NCBI GenBank assembly: GCA_965203805.1 | Contig: OZ241917.1 | Location: 3,584,001-3,648,000, forward strand | Direction: 5' to 3' | DNA length: 64,000 nucleotides | Source of the DNA: Candidatus Latescibacterota bacterium | Lineage (GTDB): Bacteria; Latescibacterota; UBA2968; GCA-2709665 | Part shown: positions 38,267 to 47,421 of the stretch, one piece after another | Numbering within the stretch: the stretch's first letter is position 1 | How the letters are laid out: every line of letters starts with the position of its first letter | Made by a program: the position numbers and the translations under genes | Notes under the pieces: model-generated | Databases searched by the model: none | The model's input: only the letters and a program-made list of their open reading frames with translations | What the model was told of the DNA's origin: nothing

Positions 38267-39226
38267 TCATTGCAGTTGCTTCCCTAATTCGTCCAGCAAC
38301 AACCGTTTCGCCTCGTCTATTCGCTTCTCAATCCTGCAGCCCGACGCCCGGGTGTGCCCGCCACCGCCAAACGCCGCGGCGACGCGGTTCACATCCACTG
38401 CGCCGCGGGAACGCAGGCTGACTCGGAACCGCCCCGGGGCCTCTTCCTTTAACAACAACGCCGCCTGAATGCCGTCGATCGCCATCGCGTGGTCCGCCGC
38501 GGGATCCAGGTCGCCGCCCTTGCGATATGTTTCGTGGTCCACAACCAGCGTACTCACTCGAGCGTCGAAGTGAAGTTCCAGGGTGCTTAAGGCGGCGGCC
38601 AACGTGACCATGGTCTGATAGCTCTCCCGGGCAAACAGCGCATCGGCGATCGCCTCCGGGTTGGCGCCGAAATCCGCCAGTTCGCCGCAGACCTTTAACG
38701 CCCGTTCCGGATGGGAAACCCTGAAGAGCTTGGTATCGAACGCAATTCCCGTGTATATCTGGGTGGCAACCGCCGGATTGATTGCCGTTCCGGCAGCCCG
38801 AAGCAGTCCATAAACCAGTTCGCTGGCGGAACTGGCCGAAGGGTCCACGATGCGGACGTCGCCCTCCGGTTTCCGGACAGCGTGATGATCGATGATCATC
38901 GTGCGTGCGTCGTCATGGAGAAGGCGCCTCACGTCGCCAACTCTTTGCGGGTCCAGCGTTGGCGTGTCCACGAATACCGCCCGGCTGAACGCCGGTGGAT
39001 CCACAAGCGACCTGTACAGTTCAATATGGTTAAATCCCGGCAGAAAAGCAAATTTCGGATTCAAAGTCTCATCGCTGACAACGAGCCGGCACGCCCGCTT
39101 CTTCCGGACGAGCATTTCCCTCATCGCCAGCATGCATCCAATCCCATCCCCGTCTGCATTGACGTGGGTTGAAACCAGATACGGTTCGTCGGGATCGAAA
39201 AAAGACAACGCTGCGGTATAGTCCAT
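38267..39226 (-). CDS. DHH/DHHA1 phosphoesterase (NrnA-like)
   Basis: THVNADGDGIG, IIDHH, SSASE, RVSLRS, FGGGGH..ASG. Confidence 0.92.
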   Translation of the reverse strand: MDYTAALSFFDPDEPYLVSTHVNADGDGIGCMLAMREMLVRKKRACRLVVSDETLNPKFAFLPGFNHIELYRSLVDPPAFSRAVFVDTPTLDPQRVGDVRRLLHDDARTMIIDHHAVRKPEGDVRIVDPSASSASELVYGLLRAAGTAINPAVATQIYTGIAFDTKLFRVSHPERALKVCGELADFGANPEAIADALFARESYQTMVTLAAALSTLELHFDARVSTLVVDHETYRKGGDLDPAADHAMAIDGIQAALLLKEEAPGRFRVSLRSRGAVDVNRVAAAFGGGGHTRASGCRIEKRIDEAKRLLLDELGKQLQ

Positions 39227-39254
39227 AGTCCGGCTTCGAAACCCTCCTGTCAGT

Positions 39255-40073
39255 TCAACATCCGTCCGCTGCCTGCGAGCCGCACATTCCACGCCGCGCG
39301 GCCTCGCCCTTTTCGGTTTTCCGCAACACGAAATGGACCCGATCCGACCCCTCGTCGGGCGCGCGGAAGCCGAATCCGTCGTAAGCCCCTTCCATGGAAA
39401 ACGGAGACTGCTCCAGCGCGGCCTGCATATCCGGCAGCGCGTATATCCGTTGACGATGCACCTCTTCCACGGCTTCGTCGGTCCGCTCGAACCGGATCTT
39501 GAAACGGTTGAACTGAATCCCGTTCCTGTAAAAGCTCTCGCGGACGTACGCGAACCCGTCTCCGCGGTCTCTATCCGTCAACTTGCGAAAGTACCTCAGT
39601 GAATTCGCTTCGGTACATACGTCGAAAATAAAGAGACCGTGCGGCTGCAGAATGGTGTGGACTTCCTTCAAGGCCCGGGCGATGTCCTCGATCGTCATCA
39701 GATAATTCATGCTGTCGTACAGACACAGTGCAGCCTCGTATCGCGGCAACCCGGTCAGGTCAAGCAGGTTTCTGTGGAAGAACGCCGCGCTGTGCCCGGA
39801 CCTTCGCGCCTTGTCTTCCGCCACGTCCAGCATTTCCCGGCAACTGTCCGCCCCGGAGGCGAGATAGGCCCGTTTTCGCAATTCCAACGCCATGCTGCCA
39901 GTGCCGCATGCGAGATCCAGCACCCGTGACGGCGTGGCGTTGTGCCGCGCGAAGACAGCTTCTATATAGTCCGCCCACTGCACATAGTCCACGTGCCGCA
40001 TCACATAGTCATAGATCTCCGAAAGCCGGGTGTACGGCTGGGCCGTAGATGAATTTCTCTTTCGTCCGAGCAT
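39255..40073 (-). CDS. Class I SAM-dependent methyltransferase
   Basis: YD..M..VDY..W, VLDLACGTG, EMLDVA, DSMNYL, GLFIFD. Confidence 0.9.
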   Translation of the reverse strand: MLGRKRNSSTAQPYTRLSEIYDYVMRHVDYVQWADYIEAVFARHNATPSRVLDLACGTGSMALELRKRAYLASGADSCREMLDVAEDKARRSGHSAAFFHRNLLDLTGLPRYEAALCLYDSMNYLMTIEDIARALKEVHTILQPHGLFIFDVCTEANSLRYFRKLTDRDRGDGFAYVRESFYRNGIQFNRFKIRFERTDEAVEEVHRQRIYALPDMQAALEQSPFSMEGAYDGFGFRAPDEGSDRVHFVLRKTEKGEAARRGMCGSQAADGC

Positions 40074-40147
40074 AAATCCAATATAAACAGGACACAGGGA
40101 AAGGGCAAACGCCAAGCCCGCGCACCGTCGGCTTCCGGTCCGCGCGC

Positions 40148-40173
40148 AAAAAAAAACCAGCCCCGGGGGCTGG
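40148..40173 (-). terminator. Intrinsic terminator
   Basis: Minus strand CCAGCCC-ccg-GGGCTGG followed by T9. Confidence 0.8.
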
Positions 40174-40305
40174 ACTCCTTCGACCTGTTCAGGAACCGGC
40201 TACGCCCTGGAGCCGTTCCATGAACACACGTCCACACGATCGGCGAAGCCATCGCGGCGAGACGGAATGATCACCGCCCGAATAGAGAGGTGTTTTTGGG
40301 GCAGG

Positions 40306-40578
40306 CTAAAAGTCAGTCGCTTCACGGGATTCGTCGCGCAGCACGTGGTAATACGATCTGGCAACCGCACGGGAGACGTTTCCCGCGGGCAACTTCAGAA
40401 TCTCCAGTTCCAGGTACCGATCCAGAAACGAGATGCTCACGCGTCTGCCTGGCCGGACGGCCTGTCCCGGCTTCGCCCGCCGCCCGTCAAGCATCACGAT
40501 TCCGTTCTCGCAGGCGCGTTTTGCCTCGGACCGCCGCCGCGTCAGACAACATCGTTTCAGGTATAGATCCAGCCGCAT
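40306..40578 (-). CDS. S4-domain RNA-binding protein (Hsp15/RqcP-YabO-like)
   Basis: MRLDLYLK...L.RRRSEAKRACENG.V..DG..AKPG..V..G. Confidence 0.88.
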   Translation of the reverse strand: MRLDLYLKRCCLTRRRSEAKRACENGIVMLDGRRAKPGQAVRPGRRVSISFLDRYLELEILKLPAGNVSRAVARSYYHVLRDESREATDF

Positions 40579-40627
40579 GTTGAATTGAACGCCCGTTGTC
40601 GACTCTGATCCGGGGCGCGCCGCGAAC

Positions 40628-41929
40628 TCACTGCTGCGGCCGGCTTCCGTACCCCAGATCGTAGGGACGAACTTCCACGTAGAGGCGCGCCCGTGTTTCC
40701 GCGATTACCTCGTCAAACCGCTCTTGAAGGCGTACCTGTTGGATGATTCCCTCTATGGCTTCCTGGTCGTCGTTCACCTTTACGACGTGCCATCCGTACT
40801 CCGTCTGTATCGGGGCGCTCACTTCGCCCATGCGCATGGTTTTCACGACGGCCGAGAATTCTGATGGTAAATTTTCTGTCGTGAACGGTCCGGGAAGCCG
40901 CCCGCCCTTCCTGGCGGTCTCCTCGTGCACGGAGTGTTTTCTGGCCAATTCCGCGAAATCCGCTCCAGCCTGAACCTTTTTTGCCAGCTCGAGCGCCTTG
41001 TCGTAGGCGGTCTTCACGTCCCGCGTCGAGGGTTGCAGCGGGATGAGTATGTGCCGCGCCCTTACCTGGTCGCCGGCCGTCGCCTCAACCTTGATGATAT
41101 GGTAACCGAACTTCGTCTTGACCGGCGCGCTGACCTCCCCGGGCCGCAGCGCAAAGGCAGCCTCCTCGAACGCCGGAACCATGCGTCCTCGCGGGAAATA
41201 CCCCAGGTCGCCGCCTTCCTCCCTGCTGCCGACGTCGCTGGAATTCTGCCGGGCCAGCGCCGCGAAGTCCTCGCCCTCTTTCAAGCGGTCGATGATCGCG
41301 TTCGCCTGCGCCCTGACTTCCGCGTCGCGATCGTCGGAGGCTTCGATCGCCAGCAGAATGTGGCTGATACTCAACAGCGGTGGCAGTTCGTCCTTATATC
41401 GGGCCTTATAGTCCTGAACGTCCTTGAATGACACTTCGACCTGTTCGCTCAGGCGCGTGTACATCTGGTGGCGCAGGAAATCCTTTCGCGTCTTCTGACG
41501 ATACTGGTCGCGCAGATCCCGTTCCGTCACACCCCCTTCGGCAAGCTGGCTTGCAAACTCCTCTTCGCCATGTTCGGCCTTGAGTTCCCGGATCTGGGAC
41601 CGCACCGCGCGTTCGATGACCTCCTCGTCTACCTCGATGCTGTCCTCTTCCGCCCTGGCCAGCAGCAGTTTTTCCTGGATCATGTTCTCCAGTATAACCA
41701 CAAACAATTCGCTCACTCTGTCCGGTGTGAGATCATCCCTGCTCATCCCCTGCTGCATGGCAACCAGGGCCATGTTCGACATCACGTCGGATCGCAGGAC
41801 GATCTGATCGTCCACGACCGCCACAATCTGGTCGAGCAGCTGCGGCTTTGCCGCGGCCCTCGCCGCGAACATCGTTGCCAGAGCCGCCGCCGCGATGACA
41901 CGCACGCCCATTGAAAGAGCTTTCGTCAT
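40628..41929 (-). CDS. surA: SurA-like periplasmic chaperone with two parvulin PPIase domains
   Basis: Signal peptide, DQIVAVVD..IVL.SD, SHIL, F..LAR..S.D.GS..GGDLG.F..G.MV..FE; located downstream of mfd. Confidence 0.85.
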   Translation of the reverse strand: MTKALSMGVRVIAAAALATMFAARAAAKPQLLDQIVAVVDDQIVLRSDVMSNMALVAMQQGMSRDDLTPDRVSELFVVILENMIQEKLLLARAEEDSIEVDEEVIERAVRSQIRELKAEHGEEEFASQLAEGGVTERDLRDQYRQKTRKDFLRHQMYTRLSEQVEVSFKDVQDYKARYKDELPPLLSISHILLAIEASDDRDAEVRAQANAIIDRLKEGEDFAALARQNSSDVGSREEGGDLGYFPRGRMVPAFEEAAFALRPGEVSAPVKTKFGYHIIKVEATAGDQVRARHILIPLQPSTRDVKTAYDKALELAKKVQAGADFAELARKHSVHEETARKGGRLPGPFTTENLPSEFSAVVKTMRMGEVSAPIQTEYGWHVVKVNDDQEAIEGIIQQVRLQERFDEVIAETRARLYVEVRPYDLGYGSRPQQ

Positions 41930-42086
41930 AGTTCCTTGTCTCCGAATGTCGGACAAGCCCCCGCCGCCCTGCAGGGTATGCCCGGTCATGATCCGGTCGC
42001 CCCATTAGTTGACGGCCCGCGCATCGTATGGTTCCAAATGAACCGCCGTAAAAAGGCTGCCGGAATTCGGCCGGGAATATATGCGC

Positions 42087-45000
42087 TCAAACGAGGCTCT
42101 GCAACACCTTTTTGGCATTTGCAAGGCGTTCGCCGGGGCTCTGGCCATCCAACTCGGCCTCGATAAGCACCTGTTCGCCGAGGGAAAAATGCAGCGGTAC
42201 GGGCGCGGCCGCCACCCAGTCCTCCACCTGCTTCCGCGTCAGCGTGCGGTCCTTCGGAAACGTGACTGCCAACATTCGACCCGTCCGCACCGTGTGCGCG
42301 CGAAGCTGCCGAGCCAGCAGCCGCACGGTTATTTTGTCAAGCAGCGCCGCAACGGGCGCCGGCAACTGGCCGAACCGGTCCGCCATCTCCTCTTCCAGCG
42401 CCAGGACCTCCACCGTCTGCCGGCACTCGCCCAGCCGCTGGTAAAACTGCATCTTCAGATCTTCGTCAGAAATATACGCTTCCGGAATATAGGCGGAGAC
42501 GGCCACCTGCACCTCCGGCTCGGCCGCAGGTTCGGCCTGATTGCCGTGAACCTGATCGATGGCTTCATCCAGCAGCCGGCAGTAGAGCTCGAATCCGACC
42601 GCCGCGATATGCCCATGCTGCTGCGCTCCCAGCAGATTGCCCGTCCCCCGGATCTCCATGTCCCGCATTGAAATATTGAAGCCGGATCCCAGATCCGCGA
42701 ATTCCTCGATGGCGCGCAGACGACGGACTGCGGGCTTTTTCAGTGATTTCCACGAAGGTATCAGAAGATATGCATACGCCTGCCGCGCGGAACGTCCCAC
42801 GCGGCCGCGAAGCTGGTAGAGTTGAGCGAGTCCCATCCGGTCGGCGCGGTTCACAATCAGCGTATTCACACTCGGAATATCAAGCCCCGACTCGATAATC
42901 ATTGTCGAAACCAGACAGTCGTACCGGCCTTCGAGAAAATCCATCATCACCTTTTCAAGTTGTCTTTCCGGCATCTGACCATGGGCCACCCCGAACCGCA
43001 CCTGCGGGACGAGCTGCTCGAGAAAATTCACGATGGCCGGCATCGACTGCACCCTGTTGTGGACGAAATACACCTGCCCGCCCCGGTCTATCTCCCGCAA
43101 GATGGCCTCCGCAACCCTCTCTTCGTCAAACGGGAGGACTTCGGTCGTAATCGGCAGGCGGTCTTTCGGAGGCGTACGGATAATCGACATGTCCCGGGCC
43201 CCCATAAGGGACATATGGAGCGTCCTGGGAATCGGAGTCGCCGTCAGCGTCAGGACATCCACCTGCCGTCGTATCTGCTTCAGCCGCTCCTTATGGCGGA
43301 CGCCGAACCGGTGCTCTTCGTCAATCACGAGCAATCCCAGGTCCCTGAACTGAACGTCCTGCGACAACAGGCGGTGCGTGCCCACCGCAACGTCCACCCG
43401 CCCGGCTGTCAGGCCTTCGAGCGCCGTCCGCTGCTCCCGCGGCGTACGGAACCGGCTCAGCACGTCGACGGTAACCGGCAGGCCGTCCATCCGTTCCAGG
43501 AACGTCCGGAAGTGCTGCTGCGCCAGAATGGTGGTTGGCGCCAGCACCGCAACCTGCTTTCCATCGGCCACGGCCTTGAATGCGGCGCGCACCGCCACTT
43601 CGGTCTTCCCGTATCCCACGTCGCCGCACACCAGGCGGTCCATCGGCGCCGACTGTTCCATGTCCTTCTTGACTTCGTGAATCGTCTGGAGTTGATCCCG
43701 GGTCTCCTGGAACGGAAACGAGGCTTCGAGCGCACCCTGGAGTGACGTGTCGTCCGAAAACGTGATGCCGGGCGTCGCCTTCCGCTCCGCGTAGAGAGAC
43801 AGCAACTCCGCCGCCATTTTGAAGACCTCCTTCCTGGCCTTCTCCTTTATGCGTTCCCAGGTTCCCGTCCCCAGTTTACTCAGTGCCGGGACGACACTGT
43901 CCTGTCCCGCATACTTCTGTACGCGGTCCATCTGGTCCACCGGCACGAACACCCGGTCGCCGCCGCGATAGAACATGGTCAGACAGTCCTGCCGGACGCC
44001 GTCGACCGTAAGGTGCTCGATCCCTTCGTAACGCCCGATGCCGTGGTCCACATGGACGACGAAATCTCCCGCTCTGAGGCTCGAAATGCTGCGGATCGGC
44101 GTCGCGTCCTTGAACCGCCGATAGCGGCGGCGACGGCGCGCGCGGGTATAAATCTCGTGGTCGTTCAGCACGAGCACCCGCGCCCCCGGAGACGGGTAGG
44201 CGAAGCCGCTGCGCAGGGTGCCCACGGTTATCGAGATCAGGTGCTCCTCGTCTTCCAGCAGTTCTTCAAACCGGGCTTTCTGGCCCTGGCTCTCGCACAA
44301 CAGCACCACCTCGTAATCCGCCTGCCAGTGGCTCCTCAGATCCTCTCTCAGCGTCTCCAGATGCCCCTCATACCGCCGTCCGCCGACGCCCGAAAAGTGG
44401 ACGCCATCCTCCGAACGTCCGCCCAGCGGCCAGTTCAGGACGCTGCGCATACCGGCCAGCCGCTTCAGAATCGCCTCGGGACGCCGGGCCACGGCGTCCG
44501 CCGGAAGCGGCTCCGGCTCTCCGCGCCTCTTCTTCTGGCGCCGGGCCGCCACCTCCACCCGCGCCCACGCGTCCGCCGCGGCCGTTTCGACGGCGGCGGG
44601 GTCGTCCACCACGACATAACCATCCGAAACATGGTCCAGAAGACAGGTCTTCTCTCTGTACAGAACACCCAGGTAATGCTCAAGTCCGTCGAATGCGCCC
44701 TGGCTCTCCATCAGTTCACGCAGGCCTTCAAGGTTCATCCCAAGCCGCTGTTCGGCTTCGGCCAGGTGCGCCGCGAAGACGTCGTCCAGCGTCTCTACCA
44801 GGACGGCCTCGCGGCACGGCAGCACCCGCACCGTCTCGTGCGTGTCCACCGACCGCTGCGTACCCAGATCGAACGCTCGAATGGATTCCACCTCATCGCC
44901 GAAGAACTCGATTCGGACCGGATGGGCGCCGCCGAACGAGCACACGTCCAGAATACCGCCCCGCACGCTGAACTGCCCCACCCCGCCCACCAGCGTCACA

Positions 45001-45497
45001 CGCTCATAGCCGATATCCACCAGATGTTCAGCCAGAGCGTCCGGCGCGACTTCTTCCCCGATCCGTATTTCCCGAATCGCCAGATCATACAGGTCCGGAG
45101 GCAGCGTGTGGCTCATCAGGGCCTCCACGGGAACGACCACGACCCCGTTCTGTGCCCCCTGCAGTTGATCCAGCGCCTCGAGTCGAAGTCCCATCACGTC
45201 GAGATGGGGAGACCGATGGTCGTAAGGCGACCCGCCCCAGGCGGGGAAAATCCCAACGCGGCTCGGACCCAGCACGCGCTCCAGATCGTCGCGCACTTCT
45301 TCCGCTCGATCCTCGGAAGCGCACACCACCAGAACCGGACCCGTCGCGTTCTCCTCCACCCACGCAATGCCGAACGCCGTAAGCGAACCCGGCAGCCCGC
45401 GCACTGGAATCGAAGGCGCGCGGGACTCGATCAGACGCGCCAGTTCCTCGAATGGCTGCGACTTGACCATCCTGTCGTATATCCGCCTGATCGACAT
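42087..45497 (-). CDS. mfd: Transcription-repair coupling factor
   Basis: 1136 aa; VRGGILD, GDFVVHVDHGIGRY, CGDVGYGKTEVA, IDEEHRFGV, TATPIPRTL, QLRGRVGRS, C-terminal TRCF domain. Confidence 0.98.
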   Translation of the reverse strand: MSIRRIYDRMVKSQPFEELARLIESRAPSIPVRGLPGSLTAFGIAWVEENATGPVLVVCASEDRAEEVRDDLERVLGPSRVGIFPAWGGSPYDHRSPHLDVMGLRLEALDQLQGAQNGVVVVPVEALMSHTLPPDLYDLAIREIRIGEEVAPDALAEHLVDIGYERVTLVGGVGQFSVRGGILDVCSFGGAHPVRIEFFGDEVESIRAFDLGTQRSVDTHETVRVLPCREAVLVETLDDVFAAHLAEAEQRLGMNLEGLRELMESQGAFDGLEHYLGVLYREKTCLLDHVSDGYVVVDDPAAVETAAADAWARVEVAARRQKKRRGEPEPLPADAVARRPEAILKRLAGMRSVLNWPLGGRSEDGVHFSGVGGRRYEGHLETLREDLRSHWQADYEVVLLCESQGQKARFEELLEDEEHLISITVGTLRSGFAYPSPGARVLVLNDHEIYTRARRRRRYRRFKDATPIRSISSLRAGDFVVHVDHGIGRYEGIEHLTVDGVRQDCLTMFYRGGDRVFVPVDQMDRVQKYAGQDSVVPALSKLGTGTWERIKEKARKEVFKMAAELLSLYAERKATPGITFSDDTSLQGALEASFPFQETRDQLQTIHEVKKDMEQSAPMDRLVCGDVGYGKTEVAVRAAFKAVADGKQVAVLAPTTILAQQHFRTFLERMDGLPVTVDVLSRFRTPREQRTALEGLTAGRVDVAVGTHRLLSQDVQFRDLGLLVIDEEHRFGVRHKERLKQIRRQVDVLTLTATPIPRTLHMSLMGARDMSIIRTPPKDRLPITTEVLPFDEERVAEAILREIDRGGQVYFVHNRVQSMPAIVNFLEQLVPQVRFGVAHGQMPERQLEKVMMDFLEGRYDCLVSTMIIESGLDIPSVNTLIVNRADRMGLAQLYQLRGRVGRSARQAYAYLLIPSWKSLKKPAVRRLRAIEEFADLGSGFNISMRDMEIRGTGNLLGAQQHGHIAAVGFELYCRLLDEAIDQVHGNQAEPAAEPEVQVAVSAYIPEAYISDEDLKMQFYQRLGECRQTVEVLALEEEMADRFGQLPAPVAALLDKITVRLLARQLRAHTVRTGRMLAVTFPKDRTLTRKQVEDWVAAAPVPLHFSLGEQVLIEAELDGQSPGERLANAKKVLQSLV

Positions 45498-45762
45498 TCA
45501 AACCCCCTCAAGTGTCCCGTCCCGTCCGACGCCACCCGTGCGCACGATAAAGAAGCCGACGGCGAAAATAAAAATCACGCAACGCCGCTTTCGGGGACCA
45601 GCCGAAACGCCAAAAAGCCCGACCCTGGATTGAGTCGGGCATCTCCGGTACAAACACAAAAAACCACCCGATCCGCATCGGGTGATGCGGCGGGCGTTCG
45701 CAATGCGCCGAACTTCGGAGCGCGTTCCCCGGAGGCCTTCCGACGGCCGTCCTTTGTTTAAA

Positions 45763-45841
45763 TGGCGGGGTAGACGGGACTCGAACCCGCGACCTCAGGC
45801 TTGACAGGCCTGCACTCTCACCAATGCTGAGCTACTACCCC
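45763..45841 (-). tRNA. tRNA-Asp (GTC)
   Basis: GGGGTAG/CTACCCC acceptor stem, CAGGC-CTGTCAA-GCCTG anticodon arm, GGTTCGAGTCC T-arm, encoded CCA. Confidence 0.96.
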
Positions 45842-45881
45842 GCATCACCGGCACAAATCAACTGTCATTTGAGCGGGCGTA

Positions 45882-45910
45882 AAGATAACATAGCCCCCTG
45901 AAGCTGTCAA
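45882..45910 (-). promoter_or_regulatory. Sigma70 promoter of tRNA-Asp
   Basis: Minus strand TTGACA-N17-TATCTT with an extended -10 TG. Confidence 0.65.
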
Positions 45911-46083
45911 GCCCTTTCAGGCAAATTCCGCTGCTTCGCGGGGTGTCCCTCCTTGCCTCGCTCTCCCCTTTGTCTTATATTGATCCCTTGCTTCCGTTCC
46001 GTCCATCTTCCAGGGTCATTTCCGCGGCGGATACGACCTTCAGGAATACGCGGCCAATAAATCTCCAGACCGTGGAATCCAGC

Positions 46084-47391
46084 ATGTCCAATCACCGATC
46101 CGTCGGTATCGGTCTTATCGGCATGGGCGTCGTCGGCGCCGGCGTCGTCCGCATACTCAGAGAACGTGCCGGCTATTTCAGGTCCATACGTGGCGTGCCG
46201 CTAGACCTGAGGCGCATCGCCGTGAGGGATATCTCCAAGACGCGCGATCCGGATCTGCCCGCGGATATCCTCACCGGCAGCGCCCGTGAGGTCGTTGAAG
46301 ATCCGGACATCCAGATTGTCGTTGAAGTGATGGGTGGGCTGGATCCCGCCCGGGAATACTGCCTTGAGGTGCTGGAGAACGGAAAAGACCTGGCAACCGC
46401 GAATAAAGCCCTGCTCGCGGAACAGGGTGACGACCTTTTCAGCGCCGCCGCGCGAAACGGCGCAAACATCGGCTTCGAAGCCAGCGTCTGCGGCGGCATA
46501 CCCATCATCCGATCGCTGACGGATGGTCTGGCGGCGAACCGAATCCAGTCCATTTACGGTATTCTCAATGGCACCACCAACTACATTCTCACCCGAATGA
46601 CCGACGATGGCGGAGACTTTCAGGCCATGCTGCGCCGGGCGCAGGAAAAGGGTTTCGCCGAGGCGGATCCGACCATGGACGTCGACGGTACGGACGTCGC
46701 GCAGAAACTCGCCCTTCTGTGCCGCATCGCCTTCCGTGTCGGCCTGGATCCCGCACATATTCTCAAAGAGGGCATCTCGCACGTTTCTCCGCTGGATATC
46801 GACTTTGCGGGAGAACTCGGGTATACCATCAAGCTCCTGGCCATCGCGAAGGCGATCGGAACCCGCATTGAAGCCCGCGTCCACCCGTGCCTTGTGCCCT
46901 CCGGCGCACTGCTGGCAAATATCAAGGACGAATTCAACGCCGTGGAGATCGTGGGCAATGCCGCCGGTCCTCAGGTCCTGTACGGCCGCGGCGCCGGGCA
47001 GATGCCCACGGCCGGTGCCGTCGTCTCCGATCTGCTCGACCTGGCGGAACGCCGGCTGACGGGCCGGGCCTCGGGTCGCGCGGCTCTTGCGGGCCTGCCC
47101 CGTGCCGACGCCATTCCTCCGGAAGAAATCGAAACCAGCTTCTACTGCCGCTTTACGGTATTTGACCGGCCCGGCGTCCTCGCCAGGATCGCCCGTATCT
47201 TTTCAGAGCAGGACATCAGCATCGCGACCGTGATTCAGCACGGCCGGTCTGAAACCGAACTGGGCACCGTTCCGCTCATTATGACGACCCACGAAGCCCG
47301 CGAAGCCAGCATGTGCACGGCGGTTCAGCAGATCGACCGACTTTCCGTAATCACCGAGCCCTCGCAGATCCTCCGCATCGAAGCGCTTTAG
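46084..47391 (+). CDS. hom: Homoserine dehydrogenase with C-terminal ACT domain
   Basis: GMGVVGAGV, VEVMGG, TANKA, FEASVCGGIP, GILNGTTNYIL, AEADPT.DVDG.D, GRGAG..PTA, DRPGVLA. Confidence 0.96.
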   Translation: MSNHRSVGIGLIGMGVVGAGVVRILRERAGYFRSIRGVPLDLRRIAVRDISKTRDPDLPADILTGSAREVVEDPDIQIVVEVMGGLDPAREYCLEVLENGKDLATANKALLAEQGDDLFSAAARNGANIGFEASVCGGIPIIRSLTDGLAANRIQSIYGILNGTTNYILTRMTDDGGDFQAMLRRAQEKGFAEADPTMDVDGTDVAQKLALLCRIAFRVGLDPAHILKEGISHVSPLDIDFAGELGYTIKLLAIAKAIGTRIEARVHPCLVPSGALLANIKDEFNAVEIVGNAAGPQVLYGRGAGQMPTAGAVVSDLLDLAERRLTGRASGRAALAGLPRADAIPPEEIETSFYCRFTVFDRPGVLARIARIFSEQDISIATVIQHGRSETELGTVPLIMTTHEAREASMCTAVQQIDRLSVITEPSQILRIEAL

Positions 47392-47421
47392 AAGTACCCG
47401 CGGGGGCCACGGCCTGAACGC

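Noticed and set aside
44013-45761. 582-aa plus-strand ORF
   Set aside because: Antisense to mfd; no motifs or credible RBS.
45500-45762. Second tRNA or integrated element next to tRNA-Asp
   Set aside because: No cloverleaf, no integrase and no duplicated tRNA 3' end seen; only terminator-like hairpins.
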